NCBI GenBank assembly: GCA_020184695.1
Contig: JAANOX010000081.1
Coordinates: 186,001 to 250,000 of the forward strand
Length of the DNA: 64,000 nucleotides
Direction of reading: 5' to 3'
DNA from: Histomonas meleagridis 2922-C6/04-290x
Lineage: Eukaryota; Protista; Parabasalia
Each line of letters opens with the position of its first letter. Within the stretch, counting starts at the first letter, position 1. The notes under the pieces were generated by a model. The model was not told where the DNA came from. It made no database searches and worked only from the letters and a program-made list of their open reading frames with translations. Positions 9,953-22,299 of this stretch are shown piece after piece. A program made the translations under genes and the position numbers.

Positions 9953-12382
9953 TCATTTATAATTTTGAAGTAATTTAATGATTTTTTTGCGTCCTCTCTT
10001 TGTTGCAGCCATAAGTGCTGTCTGTAATAATTTAAACAATTTCCAAATATTTTTTTAAAACACGAAATTATCGGAATAAATATTAAACAGAATAAATAAA
10101 TATTTTTAATATTAATATCAATTTCTTCTTGCTCAAGAAGTAATTTGACTATGTCGGTATGACCTTCCAAAGCTGCACTTATAAGTGCTGTATAAAACGT
10201 TTTAAAAAAATTCCAAATATTATTTCAAAACACAAAATTATTAAAATTAATTTCGAACAAAGCAATAAAAAATCTTGAGTATTAATATCAATTCCTTTTT
10301 GTTCAAGAAGTAATTTAACTATTTCTGTATAATTTTCTCGAGATGCCCATATAAGTGCTGTATAAAATATTTTGTATAATTTCCAAATATTATATTGAAA
10401 TAAAATATTAACGAAACATAATTTAAACATAATAAATAGATATCTTTAACATTTATATCAATTCCTTTTTGCTCAAGGATTAATTTAACTATTTCTATGT
10501 TGCCTTGTTCAGTTGCCATCAAAAGTATTGTCCATTATATTTCTTATAAATTCCAATTTTTAAATATAAATATTAAAAAATTATTTAAAACACAGAACAT
10601 AACAAAAAAATATCCTCTGAATTAATATCTATTTTCTCTTGTTCAAGAAGTAATTTGAATATATCAAAATGTTTATTTTCAAGCGATCTCATTAAAGCTG
10701 TTTTATACAAATCAATTTAATTCCGAATATTTTTATATAATATCAAATTAACCAATTAAATATTAAATATTATAAACATATATTTTTGGCATTAATATCA
10801 ATATCTTCTTGTTCAAGTAATAACTTAACAACATCATAATAACCATTCGAAGAAGCACAAATTAACGATGTATTAAATATCAAAAACAAACTTTAAATAA
10901 AAGTTTTAAACAAAATACACAAAAAAATAAACTTGAATTAAAGCAAATATATATTTTTTGCATTGATATTAACTCCATTTTGTTTAAGAAGTATTTTAAT
11001 AATATCGATATAACCATTTTCAGATGCAATTAAAATTGCTGTTTTAAATAATTTCAACAAATTCCAAATAATATTTAGAAATCCAATAACATGAAAACGA
11101 ATCCTAAACAAACAAAACAAATATCTTTAGTATTTATATCAAAATCTTTACTTTCGATAATATAATTTATAAGTTCAATGTTTTGAGATGAAACAGCAAA
11201 TGTTAATGCTTCATTTGGTAAATGTTCTTTTTCTTTCATAAGATATTTTGTCATATATATATTACCATTTGCAATCGCTCTTATAACCAATTCATCAGCA
11301 ATATTTAGGCCATCATTTAGTAAATATGAGAAAATTTCAAAATTTCCTGAATTAATACATTTAACAGCGAAATTAAACAAACAATTCAATCGCTTTTTTT
11401 CTTTATCTAGAATTATAACTCTTCTTTTAACACTTAATTTGTCTTTATCAAGTTCAGTATGATTATTTTCATAAAGATAATTAAAAATATCATTTCGATG
11501 AAACTCAATTGCAGCTTCACATGAACCTTCATATGATAAATGATTTTGTTCGCATAAATGAATTATTTCAATGTTTCCACCAGCGACTGCGAATTTTGTT
11601 GTACTTGTTAAATCAGTACCATTCATAAGTAAAAACTTAAAACAATTAATTGACCCATAAAATGCTGCATAATTAATAAGTGAAACATTTCCTTGATTAA
11701 CATAAGTATATCTTTCATATGGTGAAGAATTGATTTTTTGGTTAAAATCAAAATCATTTTGTGATGATATTTCTTGAAGTTTTTCTATTTCATCATTTCG
11801 AATAACTTTTGAGATCTCAGAAGGATTTCCTTCATCAATATATTTTCGATGTAGTTTCCAATCATCTTTACGGAAATCTTCTATGCTTAATCTTACATTA
11901 ATGTTAAGATCGCCACTTATTAATTGACTTATATCAGAAGAAAATGGTGTAATATCAGCTTTTTCGTATTCATTTCTTTCCATTAGATGCGCAAAATAAA
12001 AATCAAATCTTCGTTGAATAAAATCTCGCTTGATTAAGTTATTTTCAGATAATTTAGCAAGAAGATAATTCGATTCATTTGTGTTTGAATTTAAGAGAAA
12101 TGTTTGAAAAGTATAAAAAATACTTTCATTTTGCTCTTGTAGAATTTGGTCTTCTTTGCTTTCAATTTCCTTTAAATAAAGAAAATATATATTAATTTCT
12201 TTCCGTTGTGAAAGAAATGATGAAAAGACAATTTGTGAAATCAATATGTTAAATGAATATGGATAATTTTTATCATAATATTCCATTGATGATTGAGCTG
12301 TTGAATCTATATTTTCTTTTTCCAATCTGAAAATGATTTTATACAAAGCATTTATGCTTTGTATTTCATTTAAATTTTGCAT
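9953..12382 (-). CDS. DUF3447-type ankyrin protein, locus A; continuous about 650 aa after removing spacers from 7 linkers
   Basis: DUF3447-type motif LINYAAFYGSINCFKFL...AVAGGNIEIIHLCEQ, then six 93-nt stop-free ankyrin blocks and a final block ending LLQNYK-TGA (9955-9953). Confidence 0.8.
10025..11122 (-). repeat. 170-nt ankyrin unit array with 17-nt spacer / single-codon linkers (7 linkers)
   Basis: Linkers at 11122-11046, 10952-10875 (78 nt), 10781-10705, 10611-10535, 10441-10365, 10271-10195, 10101-10025. Confidence 0.92.
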
Positions 12383-12759
12383 TTCCTAAAATAAAACCGT
12401 TTAAATATTAAGCAGCAAAAAAATTGACTGGTTTATAAAACAGCTAGTTACGATCATTATCAATTGATAATGTTTTTTCTTTGTATGGTGGTGTATTGTA
12501 TACTTTATTCATCGTTGATTTCACATTTCGATAAAGTATAGAACATATATGTTAGTTGATATGTTACATAGTACTTTCCGAATTGACACGCACACTCGCT
12601 ATGGCAATGCAAATTAATAACTCTAACCTTCAATAACAAATTTCTCACAATGAGTGAATATCCCTTGAAAATTCGAAGGATTTCTCGATTTTGATAAAGT
12701 GAGTGATATAATAAAAATTATCTTTAATTTTGATACTACAATTTATTAATTAATCAAAT

Positions 12760-13540
12760 GTCTCTAGTTTTAAGAAAACCTACTTTGTGTATCTGTGTGA
12801 AGTGGTATGTTTTTTCCTTGAAGTGTAACTTTTCCACTGCTTTAATCCTTATTTCTTATACGCCTTTCTCAGTCAAAAACTTATTCACATATTCAACAAC
12901 TTCAGCATTTGTTCCCTTCTTATATTTCGTCGGCATTATACTTTTAATATCTGCACATGTTTGAGCTCTTGTTCTACTTTCTCTAATGAGTTTTCCATAT
13001 CATCTTGATAAGGTGAATGTATCATTGAACTTGTTGGTTTCGAAATCTTTTTCTCTTTTTGGTACTGAGCATTGCTATAACCTTTTTTTCTTCAAGTAAC
13101 TTTTGAATTTCTCTGTTGATATTAGATCAATAATACCACACCATTACGTTTTTCGATATGTCTAGCAAAATACATCTCTTCAATTTATCACTAGCTAGGT
13201 TTTTCTCTTCATCAGTATAGGTACTTCACGTGCTAATGGAAGAATAAGTCCTTTGCGAACCATATACTATAAAGGGAGCTGCTGGTGTGCTGTTGTTTGC
13301 TATAATCAGACTTTTTGTGTTTTATTCGATGCTTAATTTCAGCACATACATACACTTTCAATCAGAGCAATTTTATGACATGCAGAATAATAACATGTAA
13401 TAAGCAATTTCGTGACAAGCAGGATGAAGGCATTAAAATATGTGATTTTATCTCTAATTAAATTATTAATTGGTGAAAATAATTTATAGTGGAACAGAGG
13501 AAATGGCCGTTCCGTGGTGAGCACTACACCTTGGAAACAT
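12760..13540 (-). pseudogene. decayed ORF remnant of unknown origin
   Basis: Protein-like stretches (e.g. ADIKSIMPTKYKKGTNAEVVEYVNKFLTEKG) broken by several stops and a frameshift; GC is higher than in the flanks. Confidence 0.25.
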
Positions 13541-13729
13541 GACCCATGATTTCGTCAAAGCACTACCTCATTTTTTTTAGAATTTTTTATTTTTGCCAAA
13601 AATGAATTCATATCAATTTTGAATGTCCCACAGAATTTCGTGAACGATGCATATTCAAAAAGTGACATGATTTTTTTTTTTTTGTTATATGGCATTTTTT
13701 GAATTTTTTTTTCCAAATTCATTTGTTTC

Positions 13730-15541
13730 ATGAAACAAACATCAGAAACGATAATTATTGATCCAATACAGCGAATTATATTAGATTTAAATGAAGATAA
13801 CATATATCAATCAGCACAATCAATAATTTCCATATTCGATTATCTTTATCCATATTCTTTCAATCTAATTATAAGTCATTTTATAGTTACATCACATTTA
13901 ATTTTGAAAAATGATTACAATATTTATTTAAGTTTCATTAAAGAAATTGAAAAATTTCAAGAAGTTAATAAAATCAAGTCAAAAATTTTCGATGTTTTCA
14001 CACGTGTTATAGATTCTGGTCATATTTATTCGATAAAAAAAGAATATCAATTCGTCAAAATGTGTGAACAAGGTATTCTTGATCCAGATATGATAAGAAC
14101 CAAATCTATTCCCTATTATGCCCATTATATGTCTGAAGAAGAACTTTTGAAGGAAAAACGTGATTTTTATAGTGATTTTTATAAAACAATCTTTGCAAAT
14201 TATGAAGGACTTTCAAAGAATGATTGGGAACTTCATAAGAAATATATTGAAGAAGGACATAATCCACATAAAATTGCACGAATAATTCGAAATGATGAAA
14301 TAGAAAAACTTCAAGAAATAACATCACAAGCAAATTTTGATTTTAATCAAAAAATTAAACAATCACTTTATGAAAGATGTTCATTTATTAATCGAAGAAA
14401 TGTTTCATTAATTGATTATGCAGCATTTTTTGGATCGGTTAAATGTTTTAAATATTTACTTATGAATGGTGCTAAAGTAGAAAACACAGGTAAATATGCA
14501 GTTGCAGGTGGAAATATTGAAATTATTCATTTATGTGAACAAAATCATTCATCATTTAAAGGTGCATATAAAACAGCAATTAAATTCCATCAAAATGATA
14601 TTTTTCAATATCTTTATGAAAATAAAATCGCTAAAAATAATGATCTAGAAGAATTGGGTTTTCTAAGCATTTTGTATTGGAATGTCGAAATTTTTACCAT
14701 TTTACAAGAAAATGGTTATAGAATTAATGAAAATACCATTAAAAAAATAACAGAATATGGAAATCTTTATCTTATTAAAAATTATCTTAAAATAAATCCA
14801 ATTCCAAAAGATATATTACCAATCTCTTTAATGTCAGGAAATATTGAACTTGTTGAATATGTTTTAGAACAAAAAGGAATTGATATTAATGCTAAAAATA
14901 TTTTCTTATTCTATTTAGAATTTATTTTAACAATTTTGGATTTCAAAATAATATTTGGAAATCATTGAAATTATTTAAAACAGCACTTATGTTAGCATCT
15001 GTAAGAGGTTATACAGAAATAGTTAAATTACTTCTTGAAAAAGAAGGAATTGATATTAATGCTCAGGGTATTTATTTATTTTATTTTGTATTTCAAAATA
15101 ATATTTGGAAATTATTGAAATTATTTTGGACAGCACTTATGTTAGCGTCTAAAAATGGTCATACAGAAATAGTCAAATTACTTCTTGAACAAAACGGAAT
15201 TGATGTTAATACTAGAGATATTTACTTATTCTATTTGGAATTTATTTCAATAATTTTGTATTTCAAAATAATATTCAAGAATTATTTGAATTATTTGAGA
15301 CACCTCTTATGAAAGCATCTAGACATGGTTACCTGGAAATAGTTAAATTACTTCTTAACCAAAAAGAAATAAAAATTAATGCTATAAGTATTTATACGTT
15401 TTACTTATTATTTGTTTTAATAATTTTATATTTTAAAGTAATATTTGGAAATTATTTAAATTGTTTGAAACTGCACTTATGATTGCATCCAAAGAAGGAA
15501 AAGCAGATGTAGTTGAATATATTAAGAAGAAAAGTAGGTGA
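13730..15541 (+). CDS. DUF3447-type ankyrin protein, locus B; about 518 aa after removing spacers from 4 linkers
   Basis: LIDYAAFFGSVKCFKYL motif, three internal 93-nt blocks, final block ending KKKSR-TGA (15539-15541). Confidence 0.8.
14900..15466 (+). repeat. ankyrin unit array with 17-nt spacer / single-codon linkers (4 linkers)
   Basis: Linkers at 14900-14976, 15070-15126 (57 nt), 15220-15296, 15390-15466. Confidence 0.92.
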
Positions 15542-16013
15542 CACTCACAAAAAAATGAAAACAGCATTCCAAAAAAACCATTTCAAAGTTAAAAAACTGT
15601 TTATTTACCCTTTTTACCCATGCATTTTGTCAGTTTTGTTGTGGGAACTTAGTCCAGAATGAACTCCCCTCTGATATTGGCAAACAGATTTTCATTAAGC
15701 CTTTGAATATTTAATACATCGCTTAATTTATGCATGTGCAACCCAAAAATACATAATTTTATTGGTCGGATAATAAATCATTGAAACAATCATCAATATA
15801 ATAATGTTACGAGCTCAAAACATAAAATATTTGTTTGACTTCAATTAATTTTTTTACAATTTGCATTTTAATATGAAAAAAATATTTAAATTAAAATTTC
15901 GATATTTATCCAATAAGAAACGTTACAAATTGGTTTTATTAATAATAAACATCAGATGACTTATTTCTGCGTAATATTATTTCGATTTTCATCATAACCG
16001 ATGACATAAAACG

Positions 16014-18269
16014 TTAAGTCCTTTCAAATATTTTATACATTTCTGACACGCTGCGGACTCTTTCCACCTTTTTATTCCTCAAAAGTTTCGCATTTGGTTC
16101 GAATGCATTAGTTCTCATTTCAGGTAACACTATATCTCTGATTTCAGTCATTAGTCTTTGACTTATATCTGTATCGGATATATCTTCTTTTTGTATCGCG
16201 TACATCATTGACAACTCATTAATCAAAGAAGTAATACAATCGACTTCAAATTCCCACTGAACTTCAGTTCCGATGCGGAACAAGAATAATGGCAATGAAG
16301 TGAAAGATGGCGTATAACCAGGCAATATCATTGGCATTGATGTCAATGTCCCCAATTCGACTTTAATGCAGAAATAGTCGTCAAGCATTTCATTATTTTC
16401 TTCCAAAGTATGAATAATGTTTTCAATATCTTCGGAATTTGGACATGTCAATTGTAACAATGCGCTTATGTTTAATGGGGAATCAAATGTGATACGGCCG
16501 TAATTACCAAAATGTCGTACAAATAATTGGTAAAAAAAGTTTTGAGTAATCGAAAATAAATTACAGATGTACAAAATGTCATCGCTTTGGAGTAAGACAT
16601 CAGAGAGATCTATGAAGCCAACAAAGACATGGCGCTGAAATATTATAAGTAAATCTTCGGAATACTCGCGATGTATTTTGGATAACAAATCTTGAACAAT
16701 GCCAATGTTAAGGTTGCGACGCGCTTTAGATTTATACTGTGACGCTTGTGATGAAGCAATGACTTGCTCAAGAGTGCGTTCGGTCGGATCGCAGCGAACA
16801 TATTTGGTTGAGATCGGCTCATGTTTAAGTTCTTCGAATAATTTACGTTTTGAGTTTACCGCTGTTGGTCTCTGTGATGGCTGTGGCGATTTGATTGGAG
16901 TTGATGAAGAAGAAGATGAAGTTGATGTAAGTGATTGTCGAGTATTAAGACCAAATCTACGCTTAGGTCTTACCTCTTCTTCTTCAACAGGTTGAAGCTT
17001 AGTTGGATCAATGTTAAATTCTTCGTTAGGTATAAAAGTTTTTGTGATTTTAGAAATATGATAATTTTCAATTAGCTCGTCATCTTCTTGTTCTACATCA
17101 TAATCATCTGGAGTTGGTGGTTCGTCCTGTACTATTTGTTGTGATTCATTTGATTGAAATATTTGCGATATTGATAAACTATTTTGTGAACTTGATGTCG
17201 ATTTGCTGACAGCGGTTTTCCTTTGAATTTGCTGCGGTTGTGAAGCTGATGTGAACTTCCTTGACGATGAATTTCCATTCAAATGATTACGTATCGCTTC
17301 GCACAAATTAGCGGTTATCTGCTCTGAATTGGCAAAAGTGACGTCCTTCTTTGTTGGGTGAACGTTTACATCAATGTTTTGAGGAGGAATCTTCAGCATC
17401 AACACAAAGAATGGCTTTTCACCTTTCATTAAGAACTCGGAGAAAACAGATTCAACTGAGCGTCGAACTTTGTTGCAACGAACTAATCTTTCATTTATAA
17501 AGATCGTACTCCCTTTTAAAGATTTCGCGGATCCTATTGTTCCAAGAAATACTGTTGCATGAGCACCAAAACCTAAATCTATTTGGGCTTGGATAATTGA
17601 AGAAGTAGAATTAACACCATATATTAAAGAAATTACATTTTCTGATGTTGTATTTCCAATTGTATGAAGCTTTTCTTTGTTGTCTATCTTAACAACAATG
17701 CTACGTTGTGGAAATGCAATTGCATATTGTGTCGCAATTTGTAGAACAGATCGATTTTGTGCATAAGAATCCGGAATTGCTCGTAATTTTTCTGGCTTAT
17801 TATAAAATAAATTTTGAACTTCAATGCACGTACCAACTGTGCCTGCTTCTGGAATAGGATCTCCAATAATTTCTCCATTTTCATACTTCGCAAAGTATGA
17901 AACATCTTCATCAACTGTTTTTGAATGAATTTGTAAATGTGATACACACGACATTGAAAATAAAGCTTCTCCTCTAAATCCAAATGTACATAATTTTGAT
18001 AAATCGGAAAATTGTTTTAATTTTGATGTTGCATGTCTTGTACATGCTAATGGTAAATTGTCGTAAGAAATTCCGCATCCATCATCAGATATTTTAATTA
18101 GTGTAAATCCTCCTGATTCAAGAGAAATTGATATTCGATTAGCACCAGCATCAAGTGAATTTTCTAAAAGTTCCTTAACAACATTACATGGTTGATGAAT
18201 AACTTCTCCCGCTGAAATACAATTAATAACAGATTGTGGAAGTTGGATAATTGGCTTTGGAGAAGTCAT
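16014..18269 (-). CDS. MLH1: DNA mismatch repair protein MLH1
   Basis: GHKL ATPase motifs GEVIHQP.NVVKELLENSLDAG, DDGCGI, TFGFRGEAL; IDVNVHPTKKDV; MLH1-type C-terminal domain ending MYKIFERT. Confidence 0.95.
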   Translation of the reverse strand: MTSPKPIIQLPQSVINCISAGEVIHQPCNVVKELLENSLDAGANRISISLESGGFTLIKISDDGCGISYDNLPLACTRHATSKLKQFSDLSKLCTFGFRGEALFSMSCVSHLQIHSKTVDEDVSYFAKYENGEIIGDPIPEAGTVGTCIEVQNLFYNKPEKLRAIPDSYAQNRSVLQIATQYAIAFPQRSIVVKIDNKEKLHTIGNTTSENVISLIYGVNSTSSIIQAQIDLGFGAHATVFLGTIGSAKSLKGSTIFINERLVRCNKVRRSVESVFSEFLMKGEKPFFVLMLKIPPQNIDVNVHPTKKDVTFANSEQITANLCEAIRNHLNGNSSSRKFTSASQPQQIQRKTAVSKSTSSSQNSLSISQIFQSNESQQIVQDEPPTPDDYDVEQEDDELIENYHISKITKTFIPNEEFNIDPTKLQPVEEEEVRPKRRFGLNTRQSLTSTSSSSSSTPIKSPQPSQRPTAVNSKRKLFEELKHEPISTKYVRCDPTERTLEQVIASSQASQYKSKARRNLNIGIVQDLLSKIHREYSEDLLIIFQRHVFVGFIDLSDVLLQSDDILYICNLFSITQNFFYQLFVRHFGNYGRITFDSPLNISALLQLTCPNSEDIENIIHTLEENNEMLDDYFCIKVELGTLTSMPMILPGYTPSFTSLPLFLFRIGTEVQWEFEVDCITSLINELSMMYAIQKEDISDTDISQRLMTEIRDIVLPEMRTNAFEPNAKLLRNKKVERVRSVSEMYKIFERT

Positions 18270-18381
18270 TTTCCTTGTTTTGGCCAAATAAACATTCAAT
18301 TCTAGCATCAAAGTGAACGTTTATTTTAAAATAAAACGTGCACATAAATCAAACAAAGGCAGACAATTATATGACCAAAAA

Positions 18382-19638
18382 ATGGAAAATGAAAAGATTT
18401 CTTGTATTGATTTCTTAAATCAACTCGAAAAAATAACAGTTCCACAAAGATCAGAAATCAGAGATGTTTTAACCAAATTAGCAGATCCTTCAAAAAATTT
18501 TCATTATTTTTGGTATTTATCAAAAATGATCAAAAATTCTAAAATAGAAGATTTGGTTAATTTAGCTCAATTAATTACTGAAACTTTAGTTCAAAATCAA
18601 ACAAAATATTTATCAGCTGCATTTGCTGCAGCAAGTTTTGTTTCACGAATGAGTGAAATTCCAACTGAATTTGCACCAAAAGAAATTGTATTTCCAACTA
18701 ACCCTATTATTTCGGCACAATATATAAAAATTTTAAGACCAAATTTACCACTTAACTTATTATTACCTTTTCTTGATTATCCTAATCTAAGTTTCCAAAA
18801 GTCAGCTGCGTATGCAATTTATAATCTTACAGAAGACAAAACTCAACTCCAAAAGCAAGCTTTAAATTCATTAATTCAAGCAGAAGAATCTCTTCCATTT
18901 CCAACGGAAGCTCCAAACCTTAACATCCGCAACACGGGGATCATTGTTCTTTGTATGTATCTTACAGATCAGCCGATATTAATTTCAGAATATATGAAAG
19001 CATTATATCCAATTCTCTTAGATGAAACACAAAAGAATGCAGCTACTCAAGCTCAACTCCTTTTATCAACCCTTATGAAGTATAATTCTACAGAATTCCA
19101 TCATTTTGATATTCTATCATTAGTTCGTAAGCAGTTCGAACATCATAACTTGCGTCCACAGTTTTTATTATCCTTTATTAATACATTTGGAATATATTCT
19201 ATTCGTAAATTTTGTATTGAAGTTCTTTCACAATGTATTGAAGACTTTGATACAAATGGATTACAATACATTAAAGTCTTCATTCCATATCTAATGCATT
19301 TTCCATATGAAAAACAATTGGAATTACATAAATTCCTAACAGAACAATGTGAAAAACGTCGTTTTGATTCCGAATTGTTTATAACTACAGCAAAGTCATT
19401 CGCTGCGATAGCGCCAACAGTTTCGTTATATTGCGGAAGGTTTATGGAAGCAGCAAAATTGTCTTTTGTGAATTCAAGCGTTAAAGCAATTTTGAGACCT
19501 TTACTTGAGCCAAACGGTCCGCAACCGCCCCAAGAAGTTCACAATATAATTGTGTTGGCTGACGATGAGAAATGTGATGTGGAAACACTTGCGGAACCTT
19601 CAACAGTATCAGTCGGAGTACAATATGAATCAATATAA
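18382..19638 (+). CDS. hypothetical helical protein, divergent from MLH1 (about 110 nt between ATGs)
   Basis: Long ORF; first in-frame ATG is at 18382. Confidence 0.6.
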   Translation: MENEKISCIDFLNQLEKITVPQRSEIRDVLTKLADPSKNFHYFWYLSKMIKNSKIEDLVNLAQLITETLVQNQTKYLSAAFAAASFVSRMSEIPTEFAPKEIVFPTNPIISAQYIKILRPNLPLNLLLPFLDYPNLSFQKSAAYAIYNLTEDKTQLQKQALNSLIQAEESLPFPTEAPNLNIRNTGIIVLCMYLTDQPILISEYMKALYPILLDETQKNAATQAQLLLSTLMKYNSTEFHHFDILSLVRKQFEHHNLRPQFLLSFINTFGIYSIRKFCIEVLSQCIEDFDTNGLQYIKVFIPYLMHFPYEKQLELHKFLTEQCEKRRFDSELFITTAKSFAAIAPTVSLYCGRFMEAAKLSFVNSSVKAILRPLLEPNGPQPPQEVHNIIVLADDEKCDVETLAEPSTVSVGVQYESI

Positions 19639-20004
19639 TAAACAATATATTAGAAACTAATTTAAATGCGTTTGAATATTAAAACCATTTCAAAAATTAT
19701 GATGTAACACAAACAATGAATAAGTTTGAAATTGCAATTTCACTTGTAAAAACATTCATTGAAATGTTCGATTGAACATATGTATTACTTTGTGTAAATG
19801 TATTTGATTGAATGCATTAAAATCGATAAATATGAATGTTAAGAATATAATTTTTCGATTTAATTGTTTTATGGAGGTTTTAAGAGATGAATAAAATCTA
19901 ACGCTTAAATGTGTCAAATAATCTATATTTGCCAAATAACGAAAATATTTGTATTTAATAATCTAATTAATAAAAAAATTATTTTGTTCTTAAAATATGT
20001 TTAT

Positions 20005-21590
20005 TTATATCTGACTTATAAACTTTTCTTCTTTGAAATCGTCTGCAAATGGATCTTCTTCAATATTTGAATTATTAATATCAACTGAAAATGTATTATC
20101 GATTTCATTAATTTTATTATTATTTTCATTTGAAATATTCATTTTTTCTTCATTTTGTTTCCGCTTCTTATTTTGATATTTAATCATAATAATTATTATT
20201 ATCATTATAAATACAATAATTATTACAATTACAATAACAATTATAATGATGATTAATGTATTACCATCATCAGTGTTTATTACATCTTCGATATAGAAAA
20301 TATAAAAGAAATTTGAATAATAAGTAAAATATTCTGGATAATATATAATTGTATAATTATAATATATAAAATCGACATAAATATATTTGGTATCAGATTC
20401 AATGAAAGTAACTGAATAAGATTTTAAGAAAGTATAATAATTTGATAAAGTTATTATATATGATAAAGAATAAGTTAAAGTATAAGTGTTAACGAAAGTA
20501 AAATTCGTTGAAAATGTATTAACATAAGTATTTGAATCAAAATTATTTTTTGATTTAGTAATGTATTTGATTTGATAAATGTGTCACTAATTGTAAATGT
20601 ATTTAATTTTGTAAATGTATTTAATTTTGTAAATGTATTTGAGTTAGTGAATGTGCGTGTTGGCGGGAGACATTCGTCAAGTATTGTTCCCTTTGTTATT
20701 TCCATATTTCCAAATGTTTCATTTTGATATGTTTCTATTGTCATAACTGTTGTTGTATTTATGTTAACAAATGCGTCATTTTGGATTTCTGGTGAAATTT
20801 TTCCATTAAAATAAATGCATTGAAGTGATGTACAATTAACAAATGCACAAGAATTAATATAATGAACATTTTCATCAATAAAAATTATTTCTAAATTATT
20901 ACAATAAGCAAAAGCATAATTCATAATAGAAATGACTGGATTAGGAATTGTAAATGTTTTACTTTTCCCATTCGGATAACTAATAATTCGTGTAATTTCT
21001 TAATTATATAAAACGCCATCATTTTCATAATTCGAATATCCAATATTTCCTTCTGAAACATTAATAAATTGAAGTTTCGTACATTCTAAAAATGCATTCC
21101 CAATTGAAGTAACAGAACTTGGTATATAAATATTCACAAGGTTTGTACATCCTCTGAATGCATCTGAGCCAATTCTTCGTACGCCTTCATCTAAAGTTAT
21201 CATACCAAGTCCTGTACATTTATAAAATGCATTACCACCAATGGTATTACAACAAATTGTAATATTATTTAATGAAATACATTCTGCAAATGCACCGTCT
21301 CCAATTACACTCATTAATTTATCTGAAAATCGAACATATTCTAATTGTTTACATGATGCAAATGCTCCACTATTTATATTTCCAACTGATTCTCCAATTA
21401 TTACTGTTGTTAATAAAGGCCATTCTCTGAATGCATCAATTTCAAGCTCTCCAACTTTATTGATTATAACACGTTCTGTAAAATTCTTATAATCATTTGA
21501 AAAATCATTGAAATCAGATATTGTGAGTGTTTTTGTTGTTTCATCAAATGATTGCTTTGTATTAACAAAAAATATAATCAATATAATCAA
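20005..21590 (-). pseudogene. BspA-like (TpLRR/LRR_5) surface protein with S/T repeats, TM helix and cytosolic tail; disrupted
   Basis: TpLRR repeats (IGDGAFAECISL, IGSDAFRGCTNL, IPSSVTSIGNAF). In-frame TAA at 21002-21000 (DGVLYN*EITRII). A 1-nt frameshift near 20560; beyond it the frame is open through a poly-Ile/Val TM to 20005. Confidence 0.8.
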
Positions 21591-22299
21591 AAATATTTCG
21601 AAATTTTGTTTATTTTTATCATAAATTAAATAACTTATGTAAAATATCTAATAAAAAGAAAAAGAATATTAAATATAATAAAAAATGAAATAATATACAA
21701 ATTGTTAATTGATGATTTAAATATGTAACAAAAGAAATTCCTTAATAAGATATGGAATATTTTTATCTTATTAATTATATCAGTATAAAAATAAATTGAA
21801 ATTTTCACCATAGAATATATAAAGTAATATTCAAATTCGAATAAAGGAAATTAATTCACAACATTCTTTATATATCTCAAATAGTTTTATAAATGTAGGA
21901 TTTAATAAATAATATTTATAACTTATTTGATAAATTTTTTTTATATGATAAAAATAAATTTTTGTTATTATTCGAAACATAATGAATATATTCGTTCTGG
22001 TTAGGTTGATTTGTTGTTACATTTTTGTTTTTGAAATTTATATATTTCATATTTTTATAGCGAATATTTTCATCATGAAATATGTTGAAAATAAAGTCAG
22101 TAATATGAATGCTGAAAGTCATTAATAGATATATTTCATATTTTTTCATCAATTTAATGATTGCAAACGGAAGATATATTTTCGATTCGAACTCGAACAA
22201 TAACCTTCAAATTTTCATCAAAAATGTGTGAAATTGGTTGTTTTCCATCTGAAATTGAAATTGTCAACAAAAATTTGATCTATACGAGTCATTCACAAT

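Noticed and set aside
16699-16995. Antisense or alternate-frame ORFs overlapping real genes (e.g. 16699-16995, 24986-25516, 41035-41568, 47841-48212, 50203-50463)
   Set aside because: Shadow ORFs of coding sequence with no recognisable motifs.
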